NCBI RefSeq assembly: GCF_006345805.1
Contig: NC_042997.1
Coordinates: 134,168,001 to 134,232,000, forward strand
Direction: 5' to 3'
DNA length: 64,000 nucleotides
DNA from: Octopus sinensis
Taxonomy: Eukaryota
The notes under the pieces are model-generated. The model was not told the origin of the DNA, made no database searches, and worked only from the letters and a program-made list of their open reading frames with translations. How positions within the stretch are numbered: the first letter of the stretch is position 1; each line of letters starts with the position of its first letter. A program made the position numbers and the translations under genes. Below, piece after piece: positions 12,337 through 24,429 of this stretch.

Positions 12337-12613
12337 CACACACACACAAATATATATATATATATATAATTATATATATATATATATATATATATACGTA
12401 CACATATCCACATTTAGGTAGTGACTTATTCCGCTGGAATCTATCCAGTTCATAATATTGTTGATCGGTAAGGAATAAAGTCTTCCAATAAGGCTAACTT
12501 AATATTTTGAAAATAAATTAAACTCCACTTAAACGGTGTTCGATATTACATAATGCTGCCTATTTGTTTATATATTCTTTTGCTCTCTTGTAAGCCAACA
12601 ATTCGACAGACTT
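12061..12613. repeat. Long inverted repeat, ~220-bp arms (12061-12280 / 12395-12613) around (TA)n
   Basis: Arms are reverse complements with few mismatches. Confidence 0.9.
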
Positions 12614-13389
12614 CTTTGACAAATACAAATCCCTGACCAGATCATTAAATTCATGACATTTCCGACCACAACTGACATCAATATCATTAACATTATGAAT
12701 ACAAAGAAGTTGCTTTTATTTTATGACGATCCTTTGCCTCTTCTGAGGTAAGAGAAGCGGAAATAAATATAGGCATTTACGATAGAACTGTGACTTGGAT
12801 TTTAACATCTCATACACACAGGAAATAAAACAGGATCAACTAGTGCATGGTTAATATTGCTATAAAATTATATGAACAATATAAAAAACCCAGAAAATAC
12901 AAACGCCCATTTAACATTATATTTAAAAAAAAACTGATTTAATGGATTTGATTTTGCAATAAACGAAAATCCGAAAACTTAAATTTCCTCGATAACTGAA
13001 AAGCTAAAATGGAGATAAAATATATAAAACAGTAAATTGCCGTGTACATTAAGCATGGCGCGAATCTCAATCAAGAATTTCTATTATGGAAAATAATTTA
13101 GAGAAAAATATAATGTATTTATTCATTCTTAATACCTTCTAGTAGATTGGAACAGGAATATCTAAACGCCGTTGTGTTTCGTCATCGGAAACATCTCACT
13201 TTATAATATGTGTGTTCGTTCACAACAGTCGCAATTCACCGGTGTGAGGGACTTTGTGATTCCGCACAGTTTTGGGATCGTGTTGTGCGAAAACTATCCT
13301 GCTTGATCAATAAATCTGTCAAGTAAATCTGTCTATAAGAATCAGCAATTTATATGCTGACGCATGCTGAAATCTACCAAGCAAATAAC

Positions 13390-14055
13390 ACTCGTTAACA
13401 AAATAGTGTATTCTCTGGCGTTAAATCTTAGAATTGTTTTAGACTAATTTTGGGGTGCTGATTGTAAAACTGACATCAGATTTGCTCTACCACATCAAAT
13501 ATTTATGTCACTGGTATATAACTTAACTTACTTGGATTACACCAAAAATTAACTTTACAACATATTGTGGTGTTAGTTATGATTGGATTGCAATATTAAT
13601 TTTGAATAATGTGTTGAAGCAGAATTTTGCTTAAAAATCATTTCACTCCTTTCCAGATGTGAAGTGAACTACTGTGATATAATTATGGATACAACATAAA
13701 AAAAGAGAAGTGGTATAAAAACCCCGATATCTTCTGTTTCATATGTGGAAAATTTACACCAGAGGCTCAAAGGCGCAACGTTAATAACTTTGCCGTGAAG
13801 ATGTATCTTACCTAATTTAAAGTTGGTACTTGGAGTCCAAGACAAACCTGGGCTCCCTACAAAGTTTGAAGAAGCTGTGTCGAACCTTTGCGCTCATAGT
13901 CTAAAGGAAAGAATGCAAAGCTCAAGTTTGGTTTGCCAATGCTTTGGAGAGAACCAGCAATCCATGTGGATAACTCATATTGCCGCCTTGTTAAAGTAAA
14001 ATGGTTCAATACGTAAACCAATTCTGGACCATGGAATATCGGTTTTGGGCCAAGG
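13390..14055 (+). mobile_element. DNA transposon relic, probably Chapaev3-like (CMC superfamily), 5' part
   Basis: Degenerate translation CFICGKF...QDK(P)WAP.KV..SC...FGLPMLWREP..H; subterminal 13441-13495 is inversely similar to 17916-17975. Family name is from memory of the motif. Confidence 0.55.
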
Positions 14056-17000
14056 CTTAAAATTCATAAGTGGTGATTTCTGCTGCCAGGGCATCTCTGC
14101 AGGATTTTGTCGACTTCTCGATATCTAGATACATTTTTGGCCAGTAAACATAACTCCTCAAAAGCGACTTCATTCTAGAAATTCCTGGATGTTTAGACTG
14201 GAATTCCTTTAACATTTGACCTTGTTGTGAGGTAAGCATTACGACCCTCTGTGCATGCATAAGCATATTATTACATATCGAATACAAATTGGAAACTGTG
14301 TTATGTCCAGCCACAGGTATTTTTGTATTTGTTTCTTCTGATCACTATTTTTTTCATTTTTATGATAAACTCGTCCGTCTCTGACTTAAATTTTACTTCC
14401 TCTAATGACACAGGTAATACACACACAACATTGCACAATACATTTTTTTTGTCAACAGCTCTATCGTTCCACCACTGCTTATATCTTTTTGAGATATTTA
14501 GAAATTTAATATTTCTATTTTTGGTGATCAGTGAATTTACTTCACTGAAATTATATATATATGTATATTTTTATAAAGTCTAGACAGGTATCTTCAGCTA
14601 GCAGGCCATGCTACTCCAGACTGATGACGAGCAAAGACTCATAAAAATGTCTCTGGATGCAGGCTTAGCTGGATGGGGGTGCTTGTCTCCCCTTTGTAAA
14701 CACAGGGACACAAGAAATGTGTTAAGGCCGACAGGAAGCGTTGATGCTTCCTAGGGCTAAATAGCGGTGGTGTGATTCCCTTTATGGGACTGTTACGTTA
14801 AGTTAACAGTATACAACTGCTCTTTTTTTATTTCATTTTAACGCCGCTATCACTATGTCTTCTTATGGTTCACAGTACTTTGGTATTAATCTTGACAAAC
14901 CATCCGCATGTCGCAATATTTTCGATGGCAAATACTCCATCTTGAACTCGTAATTCAGGTGGATCGTTCCCCAGCGCTGCAATCTGTTGGCTGCTAAGAC
15001 GTTTTTAATTACTTCAAAGGCTTTTTAGCATTTTTCCGACCAGTTCCACTTATCGTCTTTTTTTAACAAGTTATTCAGGAGTGGTCTTAAACCCTGCATA
15101 TTCAGTATGTATACTTGGGAGTAATTTCCAAGTCCCTAAATTGCTTGTAAAGTTTTAATGTTTGTTGGGGGAGGCATATTTTGTATTGCACTCGCCCTAG
15201 ACGGGTCTGGTCTGCATCCATTTTCATCAATAATCTGCCCAAGATATTTTATTCTTTGCATAAAAATTTCACAGGTTTCCAGGTTGAGCTTAAGACCATA
15301 CTTTTTTATTGTTTTATTGGAAGACCTTTTTAACCTGCTCAGCAGGTTGACCTCGAGATTCACTTTTTATGAAGAATGTTGTCAAGGTAAGTTACAGCGA
15401 AATCCGAACCTGCGAGATGTCCATTATTTGTTGGAAAATGCCAGGTGCTACCTTTATACTAAAGGGGAGTTAATTAAATTTATACAACCCTTTATGAGTA
15501 TTTATTGTCAAATATGCTTCAGATAGGTTCAAGTTTGAAAAAAGAATTTCTCCATTCAACTTCGCGAAAATTTCCCCCGGACGTGGCGTCAGACATTGGT
15601 CTAATCCCGTTGGTAAATCAACAGACACACGGATTTTATTATTTTTTTTGTCATTAACTGTTGGGGCGCCTATTTTGAGTAATCAATTTTTTCAGTAACG
15701 CCAAGCTTTCGATGTCTATTCAATTCTTCGTTGATTTGTTTCTTTTTGGTTTAAATAGAGGTATAGCGTTTTCTTTCCCCTGAAACTTCGCTTCTGTTTT
15801 GGAGCAAAGACCCAGTTCTTCAGAAAAAATTTCAGGAAAAATTTGTTTTAATTCTTTTTTTTTAATCCTCCGACACCTTATTTGTACTGGTTCACATTTT
15901 TACAAAAAAAAAAAAAAATATTTATGGATAGGTCCCATAAGTTAAATAGTTCCATCCAGCCTGTTCCAAATAAACTTAATGCATTTTTCGACACTAAAAT
16001 TTAGGCTTTCAAAGTTTTCTACGAAATGTAACATCACTTATTATTTTGCACATAAAATGCAATTTTTTTTCCTGAAACACCTCGCGTAATTTTCCTTTAA
16101 TCTAGGTTTCCCTATTTTTCTCCATGTATCTGTATTAATTATCGTGATGTCACAGCCTGTATATAATTGTAACTTGATATTTACATTATTCATTTCTATG
16201 GAGACAAATTTTATTTTCTGTGTCGCGCTTACAATTTTTTTTAACAATACATTCTTTCTAGAATTTTTTTGTTAGACCCATTTTTAGTCTCGCCATACAA
16301 TGTGAGATTTTATGTCCAGTTTTTTTTTTAAATGTAAACCTCTACAATCATAGCGTAGATTTGGTCTTGACCTTCGTTTTCCTTTTTTCTTATCCGTTTG
16401 AAGTCGACATGCATGTGTCTTCAATTTTATCCGCGTCATTTCTCAAATATATAATCCTCTGTAGAGTAAATTTTTGGCCCTGTTCTAATTTTGTTAATAT
16501 ACAGGAACGTATATCAGCATCTGTTCTTGTTGTTAACCCTTGAACAAAACTTAGACATTTGAACAAATCTGGGGTTAATTAATTTGATTTGAATTTTTCA
16601 TTCTCTTTTAACGGCCACAATATAGAGGGCTAACTCTTCATTATCATTTTTAACTAAATTTAGATATTGCCAACGAGTAATGAACAAGGAACTTCTTTCG
16701 CTGAAAATTCTCGATAACAAATTAACTGTTTCATCGGAACAAATCTCACCTGGTTTTCTCGGCAGAATAGAGTAACAGTATTTTTCGTGTTCGGCAGGGG
16801 CTAACTTTCTTAAAAGTAGTCTACCTTCTCATCATTCCAATTTTTACATTCTTCTTTGAAGATCTCTTCGTATCTTCTAAAATATGCAGAAAAAAAGTAT
16901 TATCTTCTTTCTGGGTTATAAATAAATTCTCCAGTTGAATTTGCTATGCTGCCTGACGAGAACGAACCTGAAGTATTTTCAGATTTCTTCAACACTACTT

Positions 17001-17913
17001 TCAGTAATCCTTGGTATTGTTGATTTTGCTGTTGTTGTAACTGCTGTTGTTGCTGTAGTAGTTGTTGTTGTAACTACTGTTCTTATTTCTTTACTACCCA
17101 CAAGGGGCTAAACATAAAGAGGACAAACAAGGACAGACAAACGGATTAAGTCGATTACATCGATCCCAGTGCGTAACTGGTACTTAATTTATCGACCCCG
17201 AAAGGATGAAAGGCAAAGTCGACCTCGGCGGAATTTGAACTCAGAACGTAACGGCAGACGAAATACTTATTTCTTTACTACCCACAAGGGTCTAAACACA
17301 GAGAGGACAAACAAGGACAGACAAACGGATTAAGTCGATTATATCGACCCCAGTGCGTAACTGGTACTCATTTAATCGACACCGAAAGGATGAAAGGCAA
17401 AGTCGACCTCGGCGGAATTTGAACCCAGAACGTAGCGGCAGCCGAAATACTGCTAAGTATTTCGCCCGGCGTGCTAACGTTTCTGCCAGCTCGCCCACCT
17501 TGCTTGTAACCACTGTTCTTGTCGTCATTGTTGCTGTTGAAGCTGTACCACGCGAGCCAACAAATCGTCCATGTTAATGATTTTTGTTTTGTGGGGTTTC
17601 GTACCAAAAACTATTTCAGCGTCCGACGCAAGCTTCGAAGATTTCGTCTCCACTTTTATATCATTGACACACTTTGGATATATAAAATTCCACAGCGGAC
17701 GTTTAATCAATGTATTCACACGACATACTTTGCGAGACTAAACAAACACTCTCCCTTTTTCAAACCTTATTGGGTTCTCATCAGAGCCATCCACATCATT
17801 CTGACAGTCTCAATAAACGCTCTCCCGCTCGTCTCTCATCAACCTCTAGACGTTATAAGAGTTCGATTAATTCATTCTTCCAATCACCCGGGGATGTCAA
17901 TGACTCTCGCCAC
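14056..17913 (-). mobile_element. Decayed Ty3/Gypsy LTR retrotransposon (gag, protease, RT, integrase zinc finger) with candidate 5' LTR 17590-17913
   Basis: Protease-like LQLYTGCDITII, RT-like IKYLGQIIDENGCRPDP, integrase HPGISRMKSLLRSYVYWP; LTR candidate bounded by TGTGG...CCACA; 3' LTR missing. Confidence 0.8.
17084..17504 (-). mobile_element. tRNA-derived SINE (family A, internally duplicated) inserted in Gypsy gag
   Basis: Same family as 60357-60587 and 62201-62532; flanking TTGTAAC(T/C)ACTGTTCT target duplication. Confidence 0.8.
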
Positions 17914-18321
17914 AATAGATAGACAAAATCTGAAGCCAGTTTTGGACTCAATACCCTTAAATTATCTAAAAACCATTGATAAATCTTGTAGCAGAAAACA
18001 TACTGTCGGGTGTAATAATTCTGGAGTGCACACAGATCAGTGAGAATCCAAATAAAAACATATTCTACGTTAACGAAAATTAACAGCGATTAAGAATGTG
18101 CAAAGAATGGATAGATAAATTATTGCTAAGATCCTAGCTTTTGTGCATGCACCCCATAGAGTAGGAAATATTTTTGGAAATTAAGAGATAAAATATTTGT
18201 AATCTCCGCTGTTAGAGCATTGCTTGTTACACTTATTTAGGTATTACTCAATTTGCAGTTACGTCGAGTCATAATCCTTCGTACCGTTTATATATTTGTA
18301 AATTAATGAAATAAAATAAAA

Positions 18322-18574
18322 ATAAATGCGCCCTTTTAAAGCCTAGCCAGGCCCATGGGCCCGGTTTCTCAGTTTCTATGGCTTATGTGTTCCCCAGCTG
18401 GACGGGACGCCAGTCCATCGCAGGGTTACTCATTTTTGCCAGCTGAGTGGACTGGAGTAACGTGAAATGAAGTGTTTTGCTCAAGAACACTGCGTATCGC
18501 CTGGTCCAGAAATCGAAACCACAATCTTACGATCATGATGCTGACACTCTAACCACTAAGCCACGCGCCTCCAC
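18322..18574 (-). mobile_element. tRNA-derived SINE (family C)
   Basis: Minus head GTGGAGGCGCGTGGCTTAGTGGTTAG (A-box-like); 3' end shared with 35425-35540 and 36416-36720. Confidence 0.7.
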
Positions 18575-19153
18575 AAATTAATGACATAGTGATGTAAATT
18601 TCGTGATGACAGTACAAGGTATATTAAGTGATAAACCTGAGACGTTATATATGTTTAAAATTCTGATTGTGTAGTTGCTCTGAAACATTTGGAGAGAGTA
18701 ATCTAAGAGGCAGAAAATTTTCTTTGAAGGAATTATATAGTATAGTCAAACTTACTATATAAAATAATATTTGAAATCATTATCGTTGTTTATTCCAATA
18801 TTTATTACAGATGCGTACAGTTATGATACAAATAGAATCGACGTACGCCTAAAGTAGATTTCTCTCTGCACAACAGTGACTGAACAAAAATTTATAATAC
18901 TATGTTAAAATCAAACAAAGCAGGCGAAACAGCATATATCACAGTTTAGATGACTCTGTATCATTGAGATCTAAAATAACACCGACTAGATCGTGCCAAG
19001 ATAGTAGTGAAATTCTATAAATTCTTAAAAAACACTACACAAAGTCCGGATTACTTATACAACCGGATGAAAGCTCTTCCGTAAAGTTTGGAGTTCTACA
19101 ACTTGATATTTTTAAATCAAATATTTTCTTATTGTATTATGAACAACAATATA

Positions 19154-19221
19154 TGGAAATCCCATAAGTGGTTTTCACAACGGTATATATTCAGCAAAAT
19201 TCAAGACAGTCGATGTCATTT
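19154..19221 (+). promoter_or_regulatory. Copy 3 core promoter: kB-like TGGAAATCCC (19154-19163), TATA-like TATATAT (19184-19190), Inr-like TCATTT
   Basis: Motif order and spacing conserved with copy 4; function inferred from motif similarity only. Confidence 0.6.
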
Positions 19222-19348
19222 AGAAGCGCCTCATATTAAGAAACGACTAAAATATCTTGCTTCCGTACTCCTCTCATCTTGATTCTGTACTGCTCTCATC
19301 TTGCTTTCTAATTCAAAAAGAACAAACATTACAGAGATAATAACGATG
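19218..19348 (+). other. IL17: First exon of IL-17 copy 3 (5'UTR plus terminal ATG)
   Basis: ...aacgATG|gtaagtagac; Inr-like TCATTT at 19216-19221 downstream of TATA; homologous to 46103-46235 and 62630-62751. Transcription start is inferred. Confidence 0.75.
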
Positions 19349-19646
19349 GTAAGTAGACTTCAATTTATGTTAACTAGCGAATTTCTGCATGTTACTACTT
19401 AACTATTTAAGTCTTCTGTCTCATGGAAAACATCAGAATTTGTCTGCAATAATTTAATCTTATGTATGTATGTACGTATGTATGTATGTATGTATGTATG
19501 TATGTATGTATGTATGTATGTATGTATGTATGTATGTATGTATATGTATGTATATATGTATATATATATATGTATATGTATGTATATGTACGTATGTATG
19601 TATGTATGTATGTATATGTATGTATGTATATATGCATGTATATATG

Positions 19647-19737
<91 letters not shown>

Positions 19738-20181
19738 ATATTCCCTCGCCATTATATTATTATATAATAATATATATCGTTCATTATATTATTTAAGCTT
19801 AAATCGATTTTGCCGTGGTGTTGTTTTGCATTTATAATAAAAGAAATACATACAAATTATAAAAATAATGAAAATAATTAATTCAAATGTTGTTTCTTTA
19901 TACTATACAAAATCTTTTCCTCGTATAACAGTTGTTTACTTATGGTTTCACACATTTACTTCTATATTGGCATTCCTCCATTTAATACACTTATCCTTTG
20001 ATTCATTGTCTCACGACCAATACACTTACTATAACTGCTATTTGAAGTATTATCAAGTGAGGCAATCTATTGTGTATTTTCATAACGTAATCGCACTGTT
20101 TGTTACTTTTATTATTTATATTTCTTACCATTCAAAGGCGAAAGTAAAGTAAAATCTTGTGTCTAGTATTTACATGCATAC

Positions 20182-20497
20182 ATACATACTTACATCACGT
20201 GATCACGTGACCGACCAGACCATCAGATGTTGTTACACATCGCTGGTCACAATGCGTTCGCATTGTTTTAGCCTTCGAATGACGCCACCCCGCTGGCTAA
20301 GCGAGCAGGCCAACAGACGAAAGAGTGAGAGAAAGAGTGGTGAAAGAGTACAGCAGGGATCACCCCTCCTGCCGGAGCGTCGTGGAGCTTTTAGGTGTTT
20401 TCGCTCAATAAACACACACAACGCCCGGTCTGGGAATCGAAACCGCGATCCTACGACCGCGAGTCCACTGCCCTAACCACTGGGCCATTGCGCCTCC
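20182..20497 (-). mobile_element. tRNA-derived SINE (family B) in intron 1 of copy 3
   Basis: Minus head GGAGGCGCAATGGCCCAGTGGTTAGG...GGTTTCGATTCC (A and B boxes). Confidence 0.75.
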
Positions 20498-20850
20498 ACA
20501 CATACATACATACATACATACATAAATTTATGATACTTATAATCGGTGCTCTGAGATGTAATGTCAGTGATGTTTATGGGGCTTAAAGACTTTTAGAGTT
20601 TTCGTCATCGGATCCCCTCTCCCACTTGATCCAATCGCAGTTGATCAAGTCTTAGCTGGCATCACTATAACACTTAAACACTGGTCTGCCCTCACTCTTT
20701 CTTTTATCTTTCTTTCTTTTTACTCTCTCTCTCTCTGTATATAGTGTTGTGTCTAGGGAGAATTTTTATGCCAAAATTATTAACACACGCACTGATGCAA
20801 CTCACTTGTTTGCATAATGAAACTTGAAAATCAGCTATAGAAACGGAATC

Positions 20851-20939
<89 letters not shown>

Positions 20940-21002
20940 ATTTATATTTATACTAAAATTAAGGTAGAAGTTTTAATGAAAATATTTCTTATTTTATTTC
21001 AG

Positions 21003-21536
21003 GATCTCCCTCAAGTTGTAATCTTTCTCTTCTTGAACTTCATCTTGATTGTATCTTCGGCATCAATTCCAACTCAATGTAAAATACCAACAGACTTGAA
21101 AGTCCGCTACGACAGCTTGTCCAAAGCAGACGTTGACAATCGATTTTTTCTGCCAGCTGAAATGGCCCCAGCCGAAAGTAACCGGACAACACTGACCGAA
21201 GGTGATAAAAGCTGCCCAACATCGCCTGTATCTAGTGATATCATCCGTGAACGTTCCACCTGTCCTTGGTACCTGAACATTATTAATGATTCAACAGTTT
21301 TCCCTCCATCACGCAGTGAAGCAGTATGTCGCTGTAGAAAGTGTTTAGAGTCTAAGAGCACCAAGCAGCAATGTTCGACTGTATACACTAAAATGACTGT
21401 CCTGAAACGAACAGGTGAATGTGTTGATGGACTCTATGTTTATGAGCCACATGTGATTGATGTAGCCACAGCCTGTGTGTGTGCACGGAAGGTTGATGGC
21501 ATTGCAGAGAGAAAAGAGGACGACTATGAGACGTAA
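21003..21536 (+). CDS. IL17: IL-17-like cytokine, copy 3; CDS = join(19346..19348,21003..21536), 178 aa
   Basis: IL-17 cysteine pattern, signal peptide, acceptor tttcag ending at 21002, matching upstream ATG|gtaagt donor at 19346-19354. Confidence 0.93.
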   Translation, partial: DLPQVVIFLFLNFILIVSSASIPTQCKIPTDLKVRYDSLSKADVDNRFFLPAEMAPAESNRTTLTEGDKSCPTSPVSSDIIRERSTCPWYLNIINDSTVFPPSRSEAVCRCRKCLESKSTKQQCSTVYTKMTVLKRTGECVDGLYVYEPHVIDVATACVCARKVDGIAERKEDDYET

Positions 21537-21599
21537 AAATCGACTAAACAGTTCACTGCGTGTAACGCAAAAGTTATTCAGTGTCATGAAACGTCAAGT

Positions 21600-21616
21600 T
21601 GACCACCGTGTGGTTA
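21600..21616 (+). promoter_or_regulatory. 3'UTR stem-loop TGACCAC-CGT-GTGGTTA, copy 3
   Basis: Same stem, CGU loop. Confidence 0.6.
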
Positions 21617-21906
21617 TTATTTTGAGTCACTTATTTTGTTTTTGCTTTCTTGTTTTTATGTTCATCTGTGTGTAATTTTATCTTGCTACCTTGGACATTT
21701 CAATTATCAATGATATCATATGTATATGAGTCTCATGAACCGATATGCATCTAACCGAAATTACGCATGAATTCGCGAATTGGAGGCTAAGAGTCACACG
21801 GCCAAGAGAATAAAAACGTGCATATCTGCGTACGTATGTATATATGCAGACAGTCATTTGTATATATTTTATTATATTATATTCCAGTACGCGTAAATAT
21901 ATATAT

Positions 21907-21952
<46 letters not shown>

Positions 21953-22170
21953 ATATACATGTATATGTATGTGTATATGTATATATATGTGCATATGTGT
22001 GTATATATATATATATATATACATATATGTGTATATATATATGTATGTTTGTATGTATGTATCTATCTGTCTATCTATACACACACACACACACATATAT
22101 ACATATATACACATATATTTATATATTTATTTATATATACACATGTACATAGGCGTATGTATGTGTATGC

Positions 22171-22218
<48 letters not shown>

Positions 22219-23574
22219 GTGTGTGTGTTTGTGTGTGTGTGTACGTGTGTATGTACTTCACATTGCTCCAGTCCACTCACCTGGCAAAAATGAGTAATCC
22301 TGCGACGTCCCATCTAGGCCCAGACAAGTCTGGTATGGCTCGAGAAGGAAATTTTTTTGTGTGTTTATATACATACATACATACATATATATATTTATAC
22401 ATTTAACTTATATACATACATACTTTTATATATGTACATATATATATTCATCTATGTACATGCACTCAGCAAACAACACATGTTTAAAGTAGCTGTACAT
22501 ACTGAATAAATTTAAATTAGTTACAGAAATATTTACTCACATATATTGTTCCCTATAAAATATTTATTGTCCATATACATTTTCAATATGCAATATACAA
22601 TTAATTTTATAAATTGTACAGAATTTCATATATTTTTATAATATGTTTGTAAATAAGAATTTTAAATATTTTTATAAGAATCTATTTCCCAATAACATTG
22701 TGTTTAATATAATCTTGCTCCATATATTTCATGAATATAGGGAACAAGAACTGACCAGTTTATACCGTGTATAAATTATAATTGTAATATAAAATTGCAT
22801 TCAACTAATAAAATATAATGTAAGCACATCTGTTTCACCTTTGTTATTTCTTATGCATTGTACTTTTGCTCTGGGTAAATCATATGATATTTGGATAAAG
22901 ATTTGGACAGCTGGATGTCGCATTCAAATCCTTTATAGGCGCTTTTGTCTACAGTCATTTGTATATCACTTTTGTATTGTCAGAGTATTGGTTATCAATT
23001 AGAGATAAAATGATTTCTGTAAACAATGCCTGTACTATGCCAGTATTATACAAAGCTGAAGTTTCAACAGCCTCCCTTATAATGAGTATGTATACATAAA
23101 GGTATGAGCAGTGAGAGACATATTACTTCCTGTGTTTGTTTCTCTCTGAACTCACTACTTTAAAAATATTTAATGGAAGAGTATATGAACGGGTGTGGAA
23201 ATACCTGTTCCGAGGTACAAAATGAAGTATGATGACCTCTTAGATGACACCTGATCATCCCTAGGCGAGAACAACAATTCTGGTTGTTGAAATTGACTAA
23301 GCAAATATTTCGAAAACTCATTAACGATAACTTTAGAAGGCAAGTCCAGAATCATACTTAGTGTATTATTAAGCATAGAACTCCATTAATAAGCTCGCCC
23401 ATGGACTCTCATCTTTCTAAACATGAAGTAAATAAGAGAATACCCAACTGGATTGCTGCCACACACGCGAACACACTCGCTCTGCTACAACCGATTAATA
23501 TATTCACCGCCCCAAGCAATAAATATATTGTTCTTTCATCCTTTAGAAGGAACAGTGGTTTGTTCCTTCTCGAG

Positions 23575-23858
23575 CCACCCCTGGCTCATCAGGGCCGGTT
23601 TCCCGGTTTCCTTGGCGTATAGTTTCCCCACCTGGACGGGATGCCGGTCCGTTGCAGGTGACTTGCAAGATGCAGGAGGAAAGAGTGAGAGAAATTTGTG
23701 GCGAAAGAATCATCCGAAGTTTCGCCATTACTTTCTGCCGGAGCTGCGTGGAGCTTAGGTGTTTCGCTCATAAACACACACATCGCCCGATCTGAGATTC
23801 GAACCCGCGATCCCACGACCGCGTGTTCGCTGCTCTAACCACTAGGCCATGTGCCTCC
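23575..23858 (-). mobile_element. tRNA-derived SINE (family B-like)
   Basis: Head GGAGGCACATGGCCTAGTGGTTAG...GGTTCGAATC. Confidence 0.75.
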
Positions 23859-24266
23859 ACAAGCAATAAATATAATAGCAAAGGATTCATGAGCTGATCA
23901 AGAAACAACACTACAAAAGACAACACCAATAACAATAACAGTAATAACAACAACACTAATATGATGAAAAAGATGTTATATGCTATATTCAATTGGTTCT
24001 GGAATTCACATATTTTCGCATTTGATAAATGAAACGCAGCTTGACCTTTACATGATATAAACGGATACAGATATCTTTTATAATTCAACTGTTACATGTT
24101 TCACTCACTGGACTGCGACCATACTAAGGCACCTCCTTGAAGTGTTTTAGTCGAATAAATCCACTTCACTATTAATATCTGCCTTTATCTAAGCCTGTTA
24201 CTTATTCTATTGGTATCTTATACGGAATCAGTAACCACGGTGACGTAAGCAAAGCAACATCTACTA

Positions 24267-24327
<61 letters not shown>

Positions 24328-24362
24328 CTCTATCTATCTATCTATCTATCTGTCTGTCAGTA

Positions 24363-24413
<51 letters not shown>

Positions 24414-24429
24414 TTATCTATCTATCTAC

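Noticed and set aside
12735-12760. CTGAG|GTAAGA donor-like motif shared with 36905-36930
   Set aside because: No acceptor or ORF found; similarity is explained by unit duplication.
14620-14655. Hammerhead-like remnants at 14620-14655, 46660-46700 and 48710-48735
   Set aside because: Either the CUGANGA or the GAAA core is too degenerate to call.
17084-17504. CRISPR-like or prokaryotic repeat array
   Set aside because: The repeats are duplicated SINE segments in a eukaryotic context; no cas genes or spacers.
20420-20497. tRNA genes
   Set aside because: A/B-box sequences are heads of SINEs with long non-tRNA bodies.
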